Positions 49,709 through 61,400 of a DNA stretch of 64,000 nt are shown here, piece by piece. Position 1 is the first letter of the stretch. Each line of letters starts with the position of its first letter. The position numbers and the translations under genes are program-made. A model generated the notes under the pieces. The model had not been told where the DNA came from, did not search any database, and saw only the letters and a list, made by a program, of their open reading frames with translations. Source of the DNA: Longimicrobiales bacterium (lineage in GTDB: Bacteria; Gemmatimonadota; Gemmatimonadetes; Longimicrobiales; RSA9). Location of the stretch: positions 13,964 to 77,963 of the forward strand of contig JAWODW010000103.1 in NCBI GenBank assembly GCA_046483065.1, in the 5' to 3' direction.

Positions 49709-49963
49709 ATGAGCACGTATCGAGTGGAAGTCCGGATCACGCCCCGCGAGGGGCTCCTGGACCCGGAAGGCAAAGCCGTGGAGCACGCGCTCCACGCGCT
49801 GGAGTTCGAGGGGGTCCGGGGCGTGGCCATGGGCCGGCTCATCCGGTTCCGGCTGGAGGCCGCCGACGCCGGCGATGCCCGTCGGAAGTCCGACGAGATA
49901 TGCCGGAAGCTGCTGGCCAACCCGGTGACCGAGGACTACACCATCGCCATCGAGGAGGCGTGA
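49709..49963 (+). CDS. purS: FGAM synthase subunit PurS
   Basis: Motifs LLDPEGKAV and [11 protein letters not shown]. Confidence 0.95.
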   Translation: MSTYRVEVRITPREGLLDPEGKAVEHALHALEFEGVRGVAMGRLIRFRLEAADAGDARRKSDEICRKLLANPVTEDYTIAIEEA

Positions 49964-50694
49964 TGCGGGTCGCGGTCATCACCTTCCCCGGCTCCAACTG
50001 CGACTACGACTGCTACAAGGCGATCAACGACGTGGTGGGCGAGGAGGCCTACTTCGTCTGGCACCGGGAAACCGAGCTCCGCGAGCCCGACCTGGTGATC
50101 CTGCCCGGCGGGTTCAGCTACGGCGACTACCTGCGAGCCGGCGCCATCGCCCGGTTCAGCCCGATCATGGACCCGGTCATCGACTTCGCCGCCGACGGCG
50201 GCGTGGTCCTGGGGATCTGTAACGGCTTCCAGGTCCTCTGTGAGGCCGGGCTCCTGCCCGGTGCCCTGGTGCGGAACCGGGACCTCAAGTTCCTGGGGAC
50301 GCGGGTCCGGCTCCGGGTCGAGCGGACCGACACCATCTTCACCGCCCACTACACCCCCGGCCAGCTCCTGACCATGCCTATCGCCCACGGCGAAGGGAAC
50401 TACCAGGCCGATGCCGGGACGCTGGACCGGTTGGAGTCGGAGGGGCGCGTGGTCTTCCGCTACGTGGATGAGGCCGGTCAGCCCACGGCCGCCGGCAACC
50501 CCAACGGCTCGGCCAACAACATCGCCGGGATCATCAACGCCGAGGGGAACGTGCTCGGGATCATGCCCCACCCCGAGCGGGTGGTGGAAGGGATCCTGGG
50601 CGGCAGCGACGGTCTCCCGTTGTTCAAGTCGCTGCAGGAGCACCTGGGCGGCAGACCGGCGGGGACGGGCGCGGCCGGGGAGGTGCGCTCATGA
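49963..50694 (+). CDS. purQ: FGAM synthase glutaminase subunit PurQ
   Basis: Motifs [25 protein letters not shown] and MPHPER. Confidence 0.97.
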   Translation: MRVAVITFPGSNCDYDCYKAINDVVGEEAYFVWHRETELREPDLVILPGGFSYGDYLRAGAIARFSPIMDPVIDFAADGGVVLGICNGFQVLCEAGLLPGALVRNRDLKFLGTRVRLRVERTDTIFTAHYTPGQLLTMPIAHGEGNYQADAGTLDRLESEGRVVFRYVDEAGQPTAAGNPNGSANNIAGIINAEGNVLGIMPHPERVVEGILGGSDGLPLFKSLQEHLGGRPAGTGAAGEVRS

Positions 50695-52976
50695 GCGACG
50701 CACCCCGGAAGCCCGTCATACCCCGTCCGGACGATCCCGAGATCACACCGATCCTGGTGGAGGAGCACGGGCTCGGCACGGACGAGTACGAGACCATCAA
50801 GGGGATGCTGCGCCGGGAGATGAGCTACACCGAGCTCGGCCTCTTCAGCGCGCTCTGGTCCGAGCACTGCGGCTACAAGAACTCCCGCCCCCTGCTCCGC
50901 CAGTTCCCCACCGAGGCGCCCTGGGTGCTCCAGGGCCCCGGCGAGAACGCCGGCGTCATCGACATCGGGGATGGCTACGCCGTGGCGTTCAAGATGGAGT
51001 CCCACAACCACCCGTCGGCCGTGGAGCCCTACCAGGGTGCCGCCACGGGTGTGGGCGGGATCCTCCGGGACGTCTTTACCATGGGGGCCCGCCCCGTGGC
51101 CGTCCTCGACTCCCTCCGCTTCGGCTCCCTCGACTCGCCGCGCGTCCGCTACCTCTTCGCCGGCGTGGTCAAAGGCGTGGGGGACTACGGCAACTGCGTC
51201 GGGATCCCGAACATCGGCGGCGAGACGTGGTTCGATGAGGCGTACGAAGGCAACCCGCTGGTCAACGCCATGGCCATCGGGCTCATGAAGACCGAGGAGC
51301 TCATCCGCGGCTACGCGTCGGGGCCCGGCAACCCGATCCTGGCGGTGGGCGCACGTACCGGCCGCGACGGGATCCACGGCGCCACCTTCGCCAGCGAGGA
51401 GCTGAGCGAGGAGACCGAGTCGAGCCGGCCCCAGGTACAGGTCGGCGACCCGTTCACCGAGAAACTGCTCCTCGAGGCCTCCCTCGAGCTCATCCAGAGC
51501 GGCCATATCGTGGGGATCCAGGACATGGGCGCCGCCGGGCTGGCCTCCGCCTCATCCGAGATGGCCGCCCGGGCCGGCACCGGCGTGGACATCGATGTGG
51601 CGAAGGTGCCCGTCCGCGAGGAGGGGATGACGCCGTACGAGATCCTGCTCAGCGAGAGCCAGGAGCGGATGCTCGTGGTGGCCAAGGCCGGTCACGAGGA
51701 CGCCGTCATCGAGATCCTGGAGAAGTGGGAGCTCGAGGCCGCCGTCATCGGCCAGGTCACCGATGACGGCCTCTACCGGGTCCGGGAGCGCGACCGCGTG
51801 GTGGCCGAGATCCCGGGGACCGGGCTCGTGGACTGCCCCACCTACACCCGGGAAGGGGTCGAGTCCGAAGAGGTCAAGACGCTCCGGAGCTGGGACCCGG
51901 CCACCCTCGGCGACGAGATGGGCGATCCCGCCGCCGTCCTCACCGCCCTCATGGGCTCCCCCAACATCGCCGGCAAGGCGTGGATCTACGAGCAGTACGA
52001 CTCGGACGTACGCACCAACACCGTCCAGGGGCCCGGCGGCGACGCCGGCGTCCTCCGGGTCCGGGGCACCGGGCGAGGGATCGCGGCCACCACCGACTGC
52101 AACCCCCGCTACGTCTACCTCGACCCCCGGAAGGGCGGGATGATCGCCGTGGCGGAGGCCGCCCGGAACCTGGTCTGCGTCGGAGCCCGGCCCCGGGCCA
52201 TCACCGACTGCCTCAACTTCGGCAACCCCTACAAGCTCGACGTCTATCACCAGCTCGCCGAGTCCACCGCCGGGATGGCGGAGGCGTGCCGCCGGCTCGA
52301 TACGCCGGTGGTCAGCGGGAACGTCTCGCTCTACAACGAGAACCCGAAGGGCGCCGTCTTCCCCACCCCCACCGTGGGCATGGTCGGTGTCCTCGACGAC
52401 GTGTCCAGGACCATCGGCGCCGGCTTCACCGAGCCCGGGCACGCCATCGTCCTGCTCGGCACGAACACCGCCGAGATCGGTGCCTCCGAGTACCTGAAGG
52501 TGATCCACGGCCGGACAGCCGGCGCCGTCCCCGATGTGGACCTCGACGCCGAGAAGGCGCTGGGCGAGGCCGTCCTGGCCATGATCGGCGAGAGGCTCCT
52601 GGCCAGCGCCCACGACTGCGCCGAGGGCGGGCTGGCGGTGACGCTGGCCGAGTCGGCGGTGGGCGCCGTGGGCGGCCCCGTGGGACTCGACGCCGCACTC
52701 GACGACCCGATTCCCGCGCCGGCGCTCCTCTTCGGAGAGGCCCAGGGCCGGATCGTGGTGAGCTGCGCCGCGGCCGACCTCGATCGCGTGCTGGCCACCG
52801 CAGCGGAGCATGACGTGCTCGCGAAGCGGATCGGCACTGTCGGCGAGCGTGGCGGCCACGTCGTCATCGAGACCGAGCGCGGACCCGCGGTTCGGGTCCC
52901 CGCAGCGCGGCTCGCGGAGACGTACCGGGGCGCGATCCCGGGGATCATGGAGGCGCCGACGGCATCCGGCGAGTGA
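50691..52976 (+). CDS. purL: FGAM synthase subunit PurL
   Basis: Motifs [29 protein letters not shown] and SGNVSLYNE. Confidence 0.97.
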   Translation: MSDAPRKPVIPRPDDPEITPILVEEHGLGTDEYETIKGMLRREMSYTELGLFSALWSEHCGYKNSRPLLRQFPTEAPWVLQGPGENAGVIDIGDGYAVAFKMESHNHPSAVEPYQGAATGVGGILRDVFTMGARPVAVLDSLRFGSLDSPRVRYLFAGVVKGVGDYGNCVGIPNIGGETWFDEAYEGNPLVNAMAIGLMKTEELIRGYASGPGNPILAVGARTGRDGIHGATFASEELSEETESSRPQVQVGDPFTEKLLLEASLELIQSGHIVGIQDMGAAGLASASSEMAARAGTGVDIDVAKVPVREEGMTPYEILLSESQERMLVVAKAGHEDAVIEILEKWELEAAVIGQVTDDGLYRVRERDRVVAEIPGTGLVDCPTYTREGVESEEVKTLRSWDPATLGDEMGDPAAVLTALMGSPNIAGKAWIYEQYDSDVRTNTVQGPGGDAGVLRVRGTGRGIAATTDCNPRYVYLDPRKGGMIAVAEAARNLVCVGARPRAITDCLNFGNPYKLDVYHQLAESTAGMAEACRRLDTPVVSGNVSLYNENPKGAVFPTPTVGMVGVLDDVSRTIGAGFTEPGHAIVLLGTNTAEIGASEYLKVIHGRTAGAVPDVDLDAEKALGEAVLAMIGERLLASAHDCAEGGLAVTLAESAVGAVGGPVGLDAALDDPIPAPALLFGEAQGRIVVSCAAADLDRVLATAAEHDVLAKRIGTVGERGGHVVIETERGPAVRVPAARLAETYRGAIPGIMEAPTASGE

Positions 52977-53001
52977 CCTACCAGCGAGAGGCAGAGGCGG
53001 T

Positions 53002-54384
53002 ATGTGTGGCATCGTAGGGGTAAGCGGCGTCGACAACGCGGCCAAGACGGCGTTCCTGGGGCTGTACGCTCTCCAGCATCGGGGCCAGGAATCGGCGGGC
53101 ATCTCGGCCGTGGGCGCCGACGAGAAGGCACGGCTGGCGAAGCGGGAGGGGCTGGTGGTCGAGGGCTTCACCGACACCCTGCTGGACGCATTGCCGGGGC
53201 GCCTCGCGCTGGGCCACACCCGCTACTCCACGGCCGGCGGTGCGGGGCTGGTGAACGCCCAGCCGATCGTGGTCAGCTATCGGGAGGGCGACCTGGCGCT
53301 GGTCCACAACGGGAACATCACCAACGCCCAGCTGCTGCGCGAGGAACTGGTGGAGGAGGGCGCGCTCTTCCAGGGCACCATCGACTCGGAGGTCATGGTG
53401 CACCTCATCGCCCGATCCCGGTCGCCGACGGTGGAGGAACAGATCTCCGAGGCCCTCTCCCGGCTCCAGGGCGCCTTCAGCGTGCTCATCACCGTGGGAC
53501 AGACGCTGTACGCGGCCCGGGACCCATGGGGGTTCCGACCCATGGTGCTGGGCAAGATGCCCGATAACGGGTGGATCGTGGCCAGCGAGAGCTGCGCCCT
53601 GGACCTGGTGGGCGCCAGCTACGAGCGCGACATCGAGCCCGGTGAGATGCTCCGGATCCGCGACGGCGAGCTGACCTCGCTCAAGAACGTGGCCCGGAAC
53701 CACGACCCGGCACCGTGCATCTTCGAGCTGGTCTACTTCGCCCGTCCCGACTCCCGGATCTTCGGGAAGACCGTCGACCGAGCCCGACGCGCTTTCGGGC
53801 GGCAGCTGGCCCGGGAGCACCCCGCCGACGCCGACGTGGTCTTCAGCGTTCCCGACTCCTCCAACTCGGCGGCGCTGGGCTTCGCCGAGGAGAGCGAGAT
53901 CCCCTACGAGCTCGGGCTCATACGGAACCATTACGTGGGCCGCACGTTCATCCACCCCACCCAGGCGGGGCGGGATTTCAGGGTCCGGATCAAGTACAAC
54001 GCCGTCCGGGAGGTCATGGAGGGCAAACGCGTAGTGGTGGTAGACGACTCGCTGGTCCGCGGCACAACCAGCCTCGGACTGGTCCGGCTGATCCGGGAGG
54101 CCGGTGCCCGGGAGGTCCACTTCCGCATTTCCAGCCCACCCGTCCGCCACCCGTGCTTCTACGGCATCGACATGCCCACGAAGGAGGAGCTCATGGGCTC
54201 GCGGAAGACCGTGGAAGAGATCCGTCAACACCTGGACGTCGACTCCCTCGGCTACCTCTCCCTCGATGGGATGCTCGAAGCCGTCGAAGACGCCGGACCG
54301 TTCTGCCACGCCTGCTTCTCCGGCGACTATACGGCACCCCTCGTGGACCTCCACCGCGGCTACGATGTGGTCTCCAGCTCCTGA
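53002..54384 (+). CDS. purF: Amidophosphoribosyltransferase
   Basis: N-terminal MCGIVG, LQHRGQESAG, GHTRYST, PRPP motif VVVDDSLVRGTT, and Fe-S cysteines (CIFE, CFYG, CHAC). Confidence 0.97.
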   Translation: MCGIVGVSGVDNAAKTAFLGLYALQHRGQESAGISAVGADEKARLAKREGLVVEGFTDTLLDALPGRLALGHTRYSTAGGAGLVNAQPIVVSYREGDLALVHNGNITNAQLLREELVEEGALFQGTIDSEVMVHLIARSRSPTVEEQISEALSRLQGAFSVLITVGQTLYAARDPWGFRPMVLGKMPDNGWIVASESCALDLVGASYERDIEPGEMLRIRDGELTSLKNVARNHDPAPCIFELVYFARPDSRIFGKTVDRARRAFGRQLAREHPADADVVFSVPDSSNSAALGFAEESEIPYELGLIRNHYVGRTFIHPTQAGRDFRVRIKYNAVREVMEGKRVVVVDDSLVRGTTSLGLVRLIREAGAREVHFRISSPPVRHPCFYGIDMPTKEELMGSRKTVEEIRQHLDVDSLGYLSLDGMLEAVEDAGPFCHACFSGDYTAPLVDLHRGYDVVSSS

Positions 54385-54525
54385 CCCGCCAGCGCCCGCT
54401 CCGGCCAGGGGCTCCCGGCTCCGGTGTCGGGCGGGCGTCCACTGGCCATGTCGCGCCAGGAACGTACATTGCCGGTCGTGAGGCTGCGGCGAACGCGAAC
54501 CTGAATCCACTTCACAGAGCGAGTC

Positions 54526-57192
54526 ATGAGCCACCGTTGGGTCTATTACTTCGGGGACGGCACGGCCGAGGGCGGCAGGGAGCAGAAGGAGCTGCTGGGA
54601 GGCAAGGGGGCGAACCTTGCCGAGATGACCCGGATCGGGGTCCCCGTCCCGCCGGGGTTCACCATCACCGCCGAGGCGTGCCGGCACTACATGCACAACG
54701 GCACGCTGCCGCACGGATTGAAGGAGGCGGCCGAGGAGAACATCGGGCGAGTCGAGGCATCCGCCGGTAAGCAGTTCGGCGCCACCGACACCCAGCCGCT
54801 CCTGGTCAGCGTTCGGAGCGGCGCCGCCGTCTCCATGCCCGGGATGATGGACACCATCCTGAACCTCGGGCTCAACGATGAGACCGTCCGGGCACTGGCC
54901 GGCGACGTGGACGACGAGCGCTTCGCCTATGACTCCTACCGGCGCTTCATCCAGATGTACGGCGACGTGGTGATGGGCATCAACCACGAGAAGTTCGAGA
55001 GCCGGCTGGAGGCCATGCGGGACGACCGTGGCGTGGCCGACGACACCGAGCTCAGCTCGGGCGACCTCCAGGAGCTGGTCGAGCAGTACAAGGCGCTCGT
55101 CGAGGCCGAGACGGGCGAGCCCTTCCCCATGGACCCCCAGGAGCAGCTCTGGGGCGCGGTCCGGGCCGTGTTCGACTCGTGGAACAACGAGCGGGCGGTG
55201 GCCTACCGCCAGCACAACCGGATCGACGAGAAGCTGGGCACCGCCGTCACCGTCCAGACCATGGTGTACGGCAACATGGGCGACGACTCGGGCACCGGCG
55301 TGGCGTTCACCCGGAACCCGAGCACCGGCGACAACCAGGTCTTCGGCGAGTTCCTCCGCAACGCCCAGGGCGAGGACGTGGTGGCCGGGATCCGCACGCC
55401 GCTGCCCATCAGCGAGATGAAGAACGTCATGCCCGGCCCGTATCAGCAGCTCCAGGAGATCCAGAAGAAGCTGGAGCAGCACTACCGGGACATGCAGGAC
55501 CTGGAGTTCACCGTGGAGCGCGGACAGCTCTATCTCCTTCAGACCCGCACCGGCAAACGGACGGCCACGGCGGCCATCCGGATCGCCGTGGACATGGTGG
55601 ACGAGGAGCTGATCACCCGGGAGGAAGCTATCCTCCGGGTGGACCCGAAGCAGCTCGAGCAGCAGCTCCACCCGGGCCTCGACCCGGAGGCGGAGACCGA
55701 GACGCTGACGGAAGGGCTGCCCGCCTCACCCGGCGCCGCGGCCGGCCGCGTGGTCTTCGAGCCCGAGGAGGCCGTGGAGTGGACCGAGGACGGCGAGGCC
55801 GTGATCCTGATCCGGCGGGAGACGTCGCCCGATGACTTCGCGGGCATGGCCGCCGCACGGGGCATCGTGACGTCCCGGGGCGGCATGACGTCCCACGCCG
55901 CGGTGGTCGCCCGCGGGATGGGCAAGCCGTGCGTGGCCGGCGCCGGCGGCCTCACCCTCCATGAAGAGAAGGGCTACTTCGAGGCCAAGGGCCGCCGGGT
56001 GGAGCGGGGCGACTGGGTCACCATCGACGGCGGGACCGGCCGCCTGCTGCTGGGCCGCGTTCCCACCGTGGAGCCGGAGATCTCCGACAACTTCCAGCGG
56101 CTCATGGAGTGGGCCGATGACGTCCGCACGCTGCGCGTCCGGACCAACGCCGACACGCCCCACGACGCCAAACAGGCCCGGGAGTTCGGCGCAGAGGGGA
56201 TCGGCCTCTGCCGGACCGAGCACATGTTCGTCGGCGAGGAGCGGGTTCGCGCCATCCGGGAGATGATCCTGGCCAGCATGGCCGAGCAGCGGTGGTCGGC
56301 GCTCTCCAAGCTGCTGCCCATGCAGCGGCAGGACTTCGAGGGCATCTTCCGGGCCATGGACGGGCTCCCGGTCACGATCCGGCTCCTGGACCCGCCGCTC
56401 CACGAGTTCCTGCCCCACGACGAGGACGAGATCCAGGACCTGGTCGCCGCCACCAAATGGTCGGCGGAGGATGTCCGGAAGGAGGTAAAGCGACACCGTG
56501 AGGCCAACCCCATGCTCGGGCACCGGGGCGTCCGTCTCGGAATCACGGTCCCCGAGCTCACGGAGATGCAGGCCCGGGCCATTTTCGAGGCGGCGGTCAA
56601 CGTGGCCGCGGACGGCGTCGACGTACAGCCGGAGATCATGGTCCCTCTGGTCAGCGTGGTGGAGGAGCTGAAGAACCAGGAGCAGATCATCCGGTCCGTG
56701 GCCCGGAAGGTTTTCGAGGAGAAGGGCCGGGAGGTGAAGTACCTGGTCGGCACCATGATCGAGCTGCCCCGGGCCGTCCTCTCCGCCGGCGAGATCGCCG
56801 AGGTCGCCGAGTTCTTCTCCTTCGGGACCAACGATCTGACCCAGACCACCTTCGGGCTCTCCCGGGATGACGCCGGGAGCTTCCTGCCGGCCTATATCGA
56901 GAAGGCGATCCTGACGGACGACCCCTTCCAGGTCCTGGACCGGAAGGGCGTGGGCCGCCTGGTGGCCATGGCCACCCGCGCAGGCCGCGCCACCGAACCC
57001 GAGCTGAAAGTCGGGATCTGCGGCGAGCACGGCGGCGAGCCCAGCTCCGTGGAGTTCTTCCACGTCGCCGGACTGGACTACGTGTCCTGCTCCCCGTTCC
57101 GGGTCCCCATCGCACGCCTGGCAGCCGCCCGTGCCGTGCTGGAACACGGCGCGCCGGGGAAGGTACCTGTTGAAACGCTGATCGACGGCTGA
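54526..57192 (+). CDS. ppdK: Pyruvate, phosphate dikinase
   Basis: Motifs LGGKGANL, SVRSGA, GGMTSHAAVVAR (phospho-His), GIGLCRTEHM, SFGTNDL and GICGEHGG. Confidence 0.98.
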   Translation: MSHRWVYYFGDGTAEGGREQKELLGGKGANLAEMTRIGVPVPPGFTITAEACRHYMHNGTLPHGLKEAAEENIGRVEASAGKQFGATDTQPLLVSVRSGAAVSMPGMMDTILNLGLNDETVRALAGDVDDERFAYDSYRRFIQMYGDVVMGINHEKFESRLEAMRDDRGVADDTELSSGDLQELVEQYKALVEAETGEPFPMDPQEQLWGAVRAVFDSWNNERAVAYRQHNRIDEKLGTAVTVQTMVYGNMGDDSGTGVAFTRNPSTGDNQVFGEFLRNAQGEDVVAGIRTPLPISEMKNVMPGPYQQLQEIQKKLEQHYRDMQDLEFTVERGQLYLLQTRTGKRTATAAIRIAVDMVDEELITREEAILRVDPKQLEQQLHPGLDPEAETETLTEGLPASPGAAAGRVVFEPEEAVEWTEDGEAVILIRRETSPDDFAGMAAARGIVTSRGGMTSHAAVVARGMGKPCVAGAGGLTLHEEKGYFEAKGRRVERGDWVTIDGGTGRLLLGRVPTVEPEISDNFQRLMEWADDVRTLRVRTNADTPHDAKQAREFGAEGIGLCRTEHMFVGEERVRAIREMILASMAEQRWSALSKLLPMQRQDFEGIFRAMDGLPVTIRLLDPPLHEFLPHDEDEIQDLVAATKWSAEDVRKEVKRHREANPMLGHRGVRLGITVPELTEMQARAIFEAAVNVAADGVDVQPEIMVPLVSVVEELKNQEQIIRSVARKVFEEKGREVKYLVGTMIELPRAVLSAGEIAEVAEFFSFGTNDLTQTTFGLSRDDAGSFLPAYIEKAILTDDPFQVLDRKGVGRLVAMATRAGRATEPELKVGICGEHGGEPSSVEFFHVAGLDYVSCSPFRVPIARLAAARAVLEHGAPGKVPVETLIDG

Positions 57193-57203
57193 CGGGAGAC
57201 GAG

Positions 57204-58304
57204 ATGGTCGAGGTGACGAGAGAGCGGCTGCACCGCCTGCCGAAGACGGACCTGCACGTGCATCTGGACGGGTCGGTCCGCCCGGAGACGCTCATCGAGC
57301 TGGCGGACGAGCAGGGCGTGGAGCTGCCCGACACCGATACCGCAGCGCTCGAGGAGTACATGCACGTGCAGGACGCCCGCGACCTCGTGGACTACCTGTC
57401 CCGGTTCGACGTAACGCTATCGGTCATGCAGCAGGCGGACGCCCTGGAGCGCATCGCCTACGAACTCGCCGAGGACGCCGCCGCGGAGAACGTGCGCTAC
57501 ATGGAGGTGCGCTTCTCCCCCGCCCTGAACATCCAGGGCGGGCTGAGCATGGAGGAGGCCGTCGCCGCCCCGCTCCAGGGGCTCCGCAGGGCCGAGGAGG
57601 ACTACGACATCCGGACGGGGATCATCATCTGCGGGATCCGGAACATGAGCCCCGAGACGTCCATGGACCTGGCCGACCTCACCGTCACGTTCAAGAACAA
57701 GGGCGTGGTGGCCTTCGACCTGGCGGGCGCCGAGTACAACTATCCGGCCAAACGGCATCGTGAAGCGTTCTACCGGGTCGGGAACGCCAACGTCGCGGCC
57801 ACGATCCACGCCGGGGAGGCGTTCGGCCCCGAGTCGATCCATCAGGCGCTCCACTACAACAACGCCAACCGCATCGGGCACGGCACTCGCCTCTACGAGG
57901 ACCCGGACCTCATGCAGTACGTGGCCGATTTCCGGATCCCGCTGGAGATCTGCCTGACGTCCAACGTCCAGACCCGCGTGGTCAAGGAGTTCTCCGAGCA
58001 CCCCGTCCGCCTCTACTACGACGAGGGGATCGTGACCACCCTCAACACCGACAACCGGCTCATGAGCGCCACCACCGCCACGGCGGAGTTCTGGCGCGCC
58101 CACCAGCACCTCGACTTCACCTGGGAGGAGCTCACCGAGGTGTCGATCTACGGCTTCGAGAGCGCCTTCCTCCCCTTCCACGAGAAGCAGGCCATGGTGG
58201 CGGCGGTCCGACAGGAGATGGACGAGCTCGGCCGTCGCTACCAGGCCGAGGACGACGGCACGAGCAGCGATACCGGCCGGCACACTGCGGAGGTCGCCGG
58301 CTGA
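57204..58304 (+). CDS. add: Adenosine deaminase
   Basis: Motifs DLHVHLDGS, FDLAGAE, TIHAGE, RIGHG and NTDN. Confidence 0.92.
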   Translation: MVEVTRERLHRLPKTDLHVHLDGSVRPETLIELADEQGVELPDTDTAALEEYMHVQDARDLVDYLSRFDVTLSVMQQADALERIAYELAEDAAAENVRYMEVRFSPALNIQGGLSMEEAVAAPLQGLRRAEEDYDIRTGIIICGIRNMSPETSMDLADLTVTFKNKGVVAFDLAGAEYNYPAKRHREAFYRVGNANVAATIHAGEAFGPESIHQALHYNNANRIGHGTRLYEDPDLMQYVADFRIPLEICLTSNVQTRVVKEFSEHPVRLYYDEGIVTTLNTDNRLMSATTATAEFWRAHQHLDFTWEELTEVSIYGFESAFLPFHEKQAMVAAVRQEMDELGRRYQAEDDGTSSDTGRHTAEVAG

Positions 58305-58335
58305 CCAGCAGGCGAGGCCATCCCTCCCGATGGCA

Positions 58336-58372
58336 GAAAGGGCCCGACCGCAAGGGGCGGTCGGGCCCTTTC
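58336..58372. terminator. Bidirectional intrinsic terminator between add and the TonB-dependent receptor
   Basis: GAAAGGGCCCGACCGC-aaggg-GCGGTCGGGCCCTTTC is a perfect 16-bp stem with A/T ends, lying between convergent genes. Confidence 0.85.
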
Positions 58373-58408
58373 GTTGTTCGGGGCCGTCCTCGGCCCTTGA
58401 CCGGCGGT

Positions 58409-61400
58409 CTAGAAGTAGTACTTCACCCCGATCCGCGCCTGGAACTGGAGCGTCAGGTTGTCACCGATGGCCTCCACCGTCCCGAATGTCGGGATCGCCT
58501 CGCCCGTATCCTCGTCGCGCCGGAAGGGTACGGTATAGAGGGTCTGCCCGGCGACCTCGTCGTACGTCTCCGGGATCAGCAGGTTCCGGTTCCTGGCGAA
58601 TACGCCCATGAACCGGCCCCACTCGTTGTTGATCCCGTTCAGAACGTTGAACATGTCGACCTGCACCTCGAGCCGCTGGTCGCTCAGTGTTTCGAACGAG
58701 CGGCTCAGCCGCACATCCAGCCGGTTGAACCAGGGATAGCGGCAGGTGTTCCGGGGCACGATCTGGCCGGTATAGTCACCGGCGCAGGCGTTCTCTTCGA
58801 GCATCTGCTCGTAGACGGCCCGCATGGTGTCCGCCCGCGCCCCCGTCACCGTCAGCGGCAGGTCGTCCGGCGTGAAGACGTAGGGCCGGTCATTGAACCG
58901 GACGCCATCGCCGTTCAGGTCGCCACTCGCCTCCGGCGTCCACGGCCGACCACTCTGGAGCCGCCAGAACCCGGCCACCTTGACGTCGAACGGTATGGTG
59001 GCGTTCACCGACGCGATGAACGTGTGGTTGCGGGTGAAGTCGCTGGGCCCCCACGCCTTGTCGGTGTCGCCCACGCCGCCGATGTCGTTGGGACCGTAGG
59101 CGCCCACCGTGGGATCCGTATACCCCGAGGACGCCGTGCAGCACGAATACGACGAGTTGTCGTACGACGTGGTGTACGTGTACGAGCCCCGGACCTGCAG
59201 CTTCTCATTCACGATGTGCGCCGCTTCCGTGGTCAGCGACAGTGACCGGGAGCGGCCGTCATTGTAGTTCACGAAGACCTCGGCCAGCTCCAGGTTGCGG
59301 CGTGAGTTGATCTCGTTGGCCGTCGGGTCGCCGGCCGACGGGTCGAAGACCGTCCCCGGCTGGAAGACCTGCCGCCCACCCTCGTTATCCAGCGTGAGCT
59401 GGACGTCCCGGAGGTTGAGGTTCCGGACGGTATAGAGGAGCGAGCTCTGGGAGAACAGGGCGTCAATGGAGAGCTGCGTCCGGACCCCGATCTCCTGGGA
59501 CCACCCGATGTTCGCCTTGAACGTCTCGGGGAACTCGAAATTCTCGTTCCAGAACGTGTACTCCGGGATCCCGCTGGCCACCGTGGTCCCTGCGCACCCG
59601 TCCGGGTTGTCGTTCCCGTCCGTGCCCCAGGAGCCGTAATCCTGCACCGACGGCGGCGCGTTCGGGTCGCCTTCGGCGAGGGAGCCGGTGCACTGCACCG
59701 TCACCACCGGTCGGACCGTGCTCTGGACGTTGCCGCCCAGCACGTAGGGGACCCGGCCATAGAAGTAGCCCACGCCGCCCCGGAGCACGGCGGTCCCGTT
59801 CCCCGAGAAGTCGTAGGCCATAGTCAGGCGTGGCGAGATGTTGTCGTTGTCCGTGGGCGCGATGCCCGTGGTCACGCCGAACGCCCGCTCCGCCGTCAGC
59901 ACCCGCTGGGGCTCGTCCAGGAAGGTCTGCAGGTCGTAGCGCAGCCCGTACGTGGCCGTGAGCTTGGGGGTCACCTGCCACTCGTCCTGGGCGTAGACCG
60001 ACCACTCCAGCACGTCGAACTCGGCGAACGGAATGCCGCCGCCCTCGCGGATGTTCCGCTGGAACGAGCTCGGACGGTACGCCGCGAAGGCGTCCATGTC
60101 CTGGAAGTTGTAGACACCCGCGCCCCGGAGGATGAACTGGTTCGCGATATGGGTGTAGATCCCGTTCGCGCCCACCTTGAGTGTGTGGTTCCCCGCCACG
60201 TGGGTGAAGTTGTCGATCGCCTGGATCTTCCACTCCTCCAGGTCGTTCTGGAAGGCGGCAAAGGTCCCGCCGTACCCGATGAACCCGCCGCCCGGGAGCC
60301 GGACCTCGAGCGCCGGCCGCAGGTCCTTTCCGTTCCGGGGCCGCAGCTCACTCGCCGCCTGCACACGGAAGACGTTGAAGGTCTGCGGTCCCAGCACACT
60401 CTGGAGCTCGGCCACGAACGAGTTCGAGATGTCGCGGAACTCCTCCGCCCGCGACTGGCCGTACTCGAAGTCGAAGATCTGGTTCCACTCGTTGTCGTTG
60501 CTGTAGCTGGCGAAGTTGTGGCGCAGCGACAGCCGGTGGTCATCGTTCAGCGCCCAGTCCACCCGGCCGAACACCGAGATGACGTCGTCCGTGGTCTGGA
60601 ACGAGCCGTACGTCGACTCCGGGTTCTGGATCCCGTACTGGTTCTCCAGCAGGTCGAAAAATTGGCCCACTGCGGCGTAGCGTTCCGGGTCCGCGTTCTC
60701 GGATTCCGGCGCGTACCGCTGCTGCGTGATGGAGAGCTGGGGCTCCCGCTCCCGCTGGGCGTCCACGCTCAGGAGGAAGTGGGCCTTGTCCCTCACGATG
60801 GGACCCGAGAGCCTGGCCGCGAACTGGGAGACCTGGTACTCGGAGACATTCTCGCCATCGAAGGTCTGGCCCGTCAGCGCATCGCTCTGGTAGTTGGCGT
60901 ACGCCGTCCCTTCGAACTCGTTGTCGCCACCCCGGGTGATGACGTTGACCACGCCGCCGGTGTAGTTGCCGAACTCCACATCGAAGCCGTTGGCGATGAC
61001 CTGGAACTCCCGGATCGACTCCAGGGAGAAGACGAATGGGATCCGCGACCCGCCCCGGTTCTCACCGAAGAAGGCGTTGTTGGCGTCCACCCCGTCGATC
61101 TGGAGGTTGGTCTGAGACGCCCGCTGCCCGGCAATGGAGAACTGTCCGCCGGTGCTGTTCGCCGGGTCCGGCGCCACCAGACCCGACAGTTGGATGAAGT
61201 TGGTGAAGTCACGGCCGAGGGCGGGGAGCGCTTCGATCTCCTCCTCGGAGACCAGCTGCACCACCGACCCATCGGTCACATCGATCTCGCCTCGCCTGGC
61301 CTGTACGTTGATCCCCTCGAGCTCCAGCGCCTCGGTGGTCAGGTCGAAGTTCACCGTGGCCGCCTGACCCAGCGAGACCCGGACGTCTTCCTCCACCTGC

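Noticed and set aside
52978-57147. Long minus-strand ORFs (897 aa and 473 aa)
   Set aside because: They are shadows of purF and ppdK.
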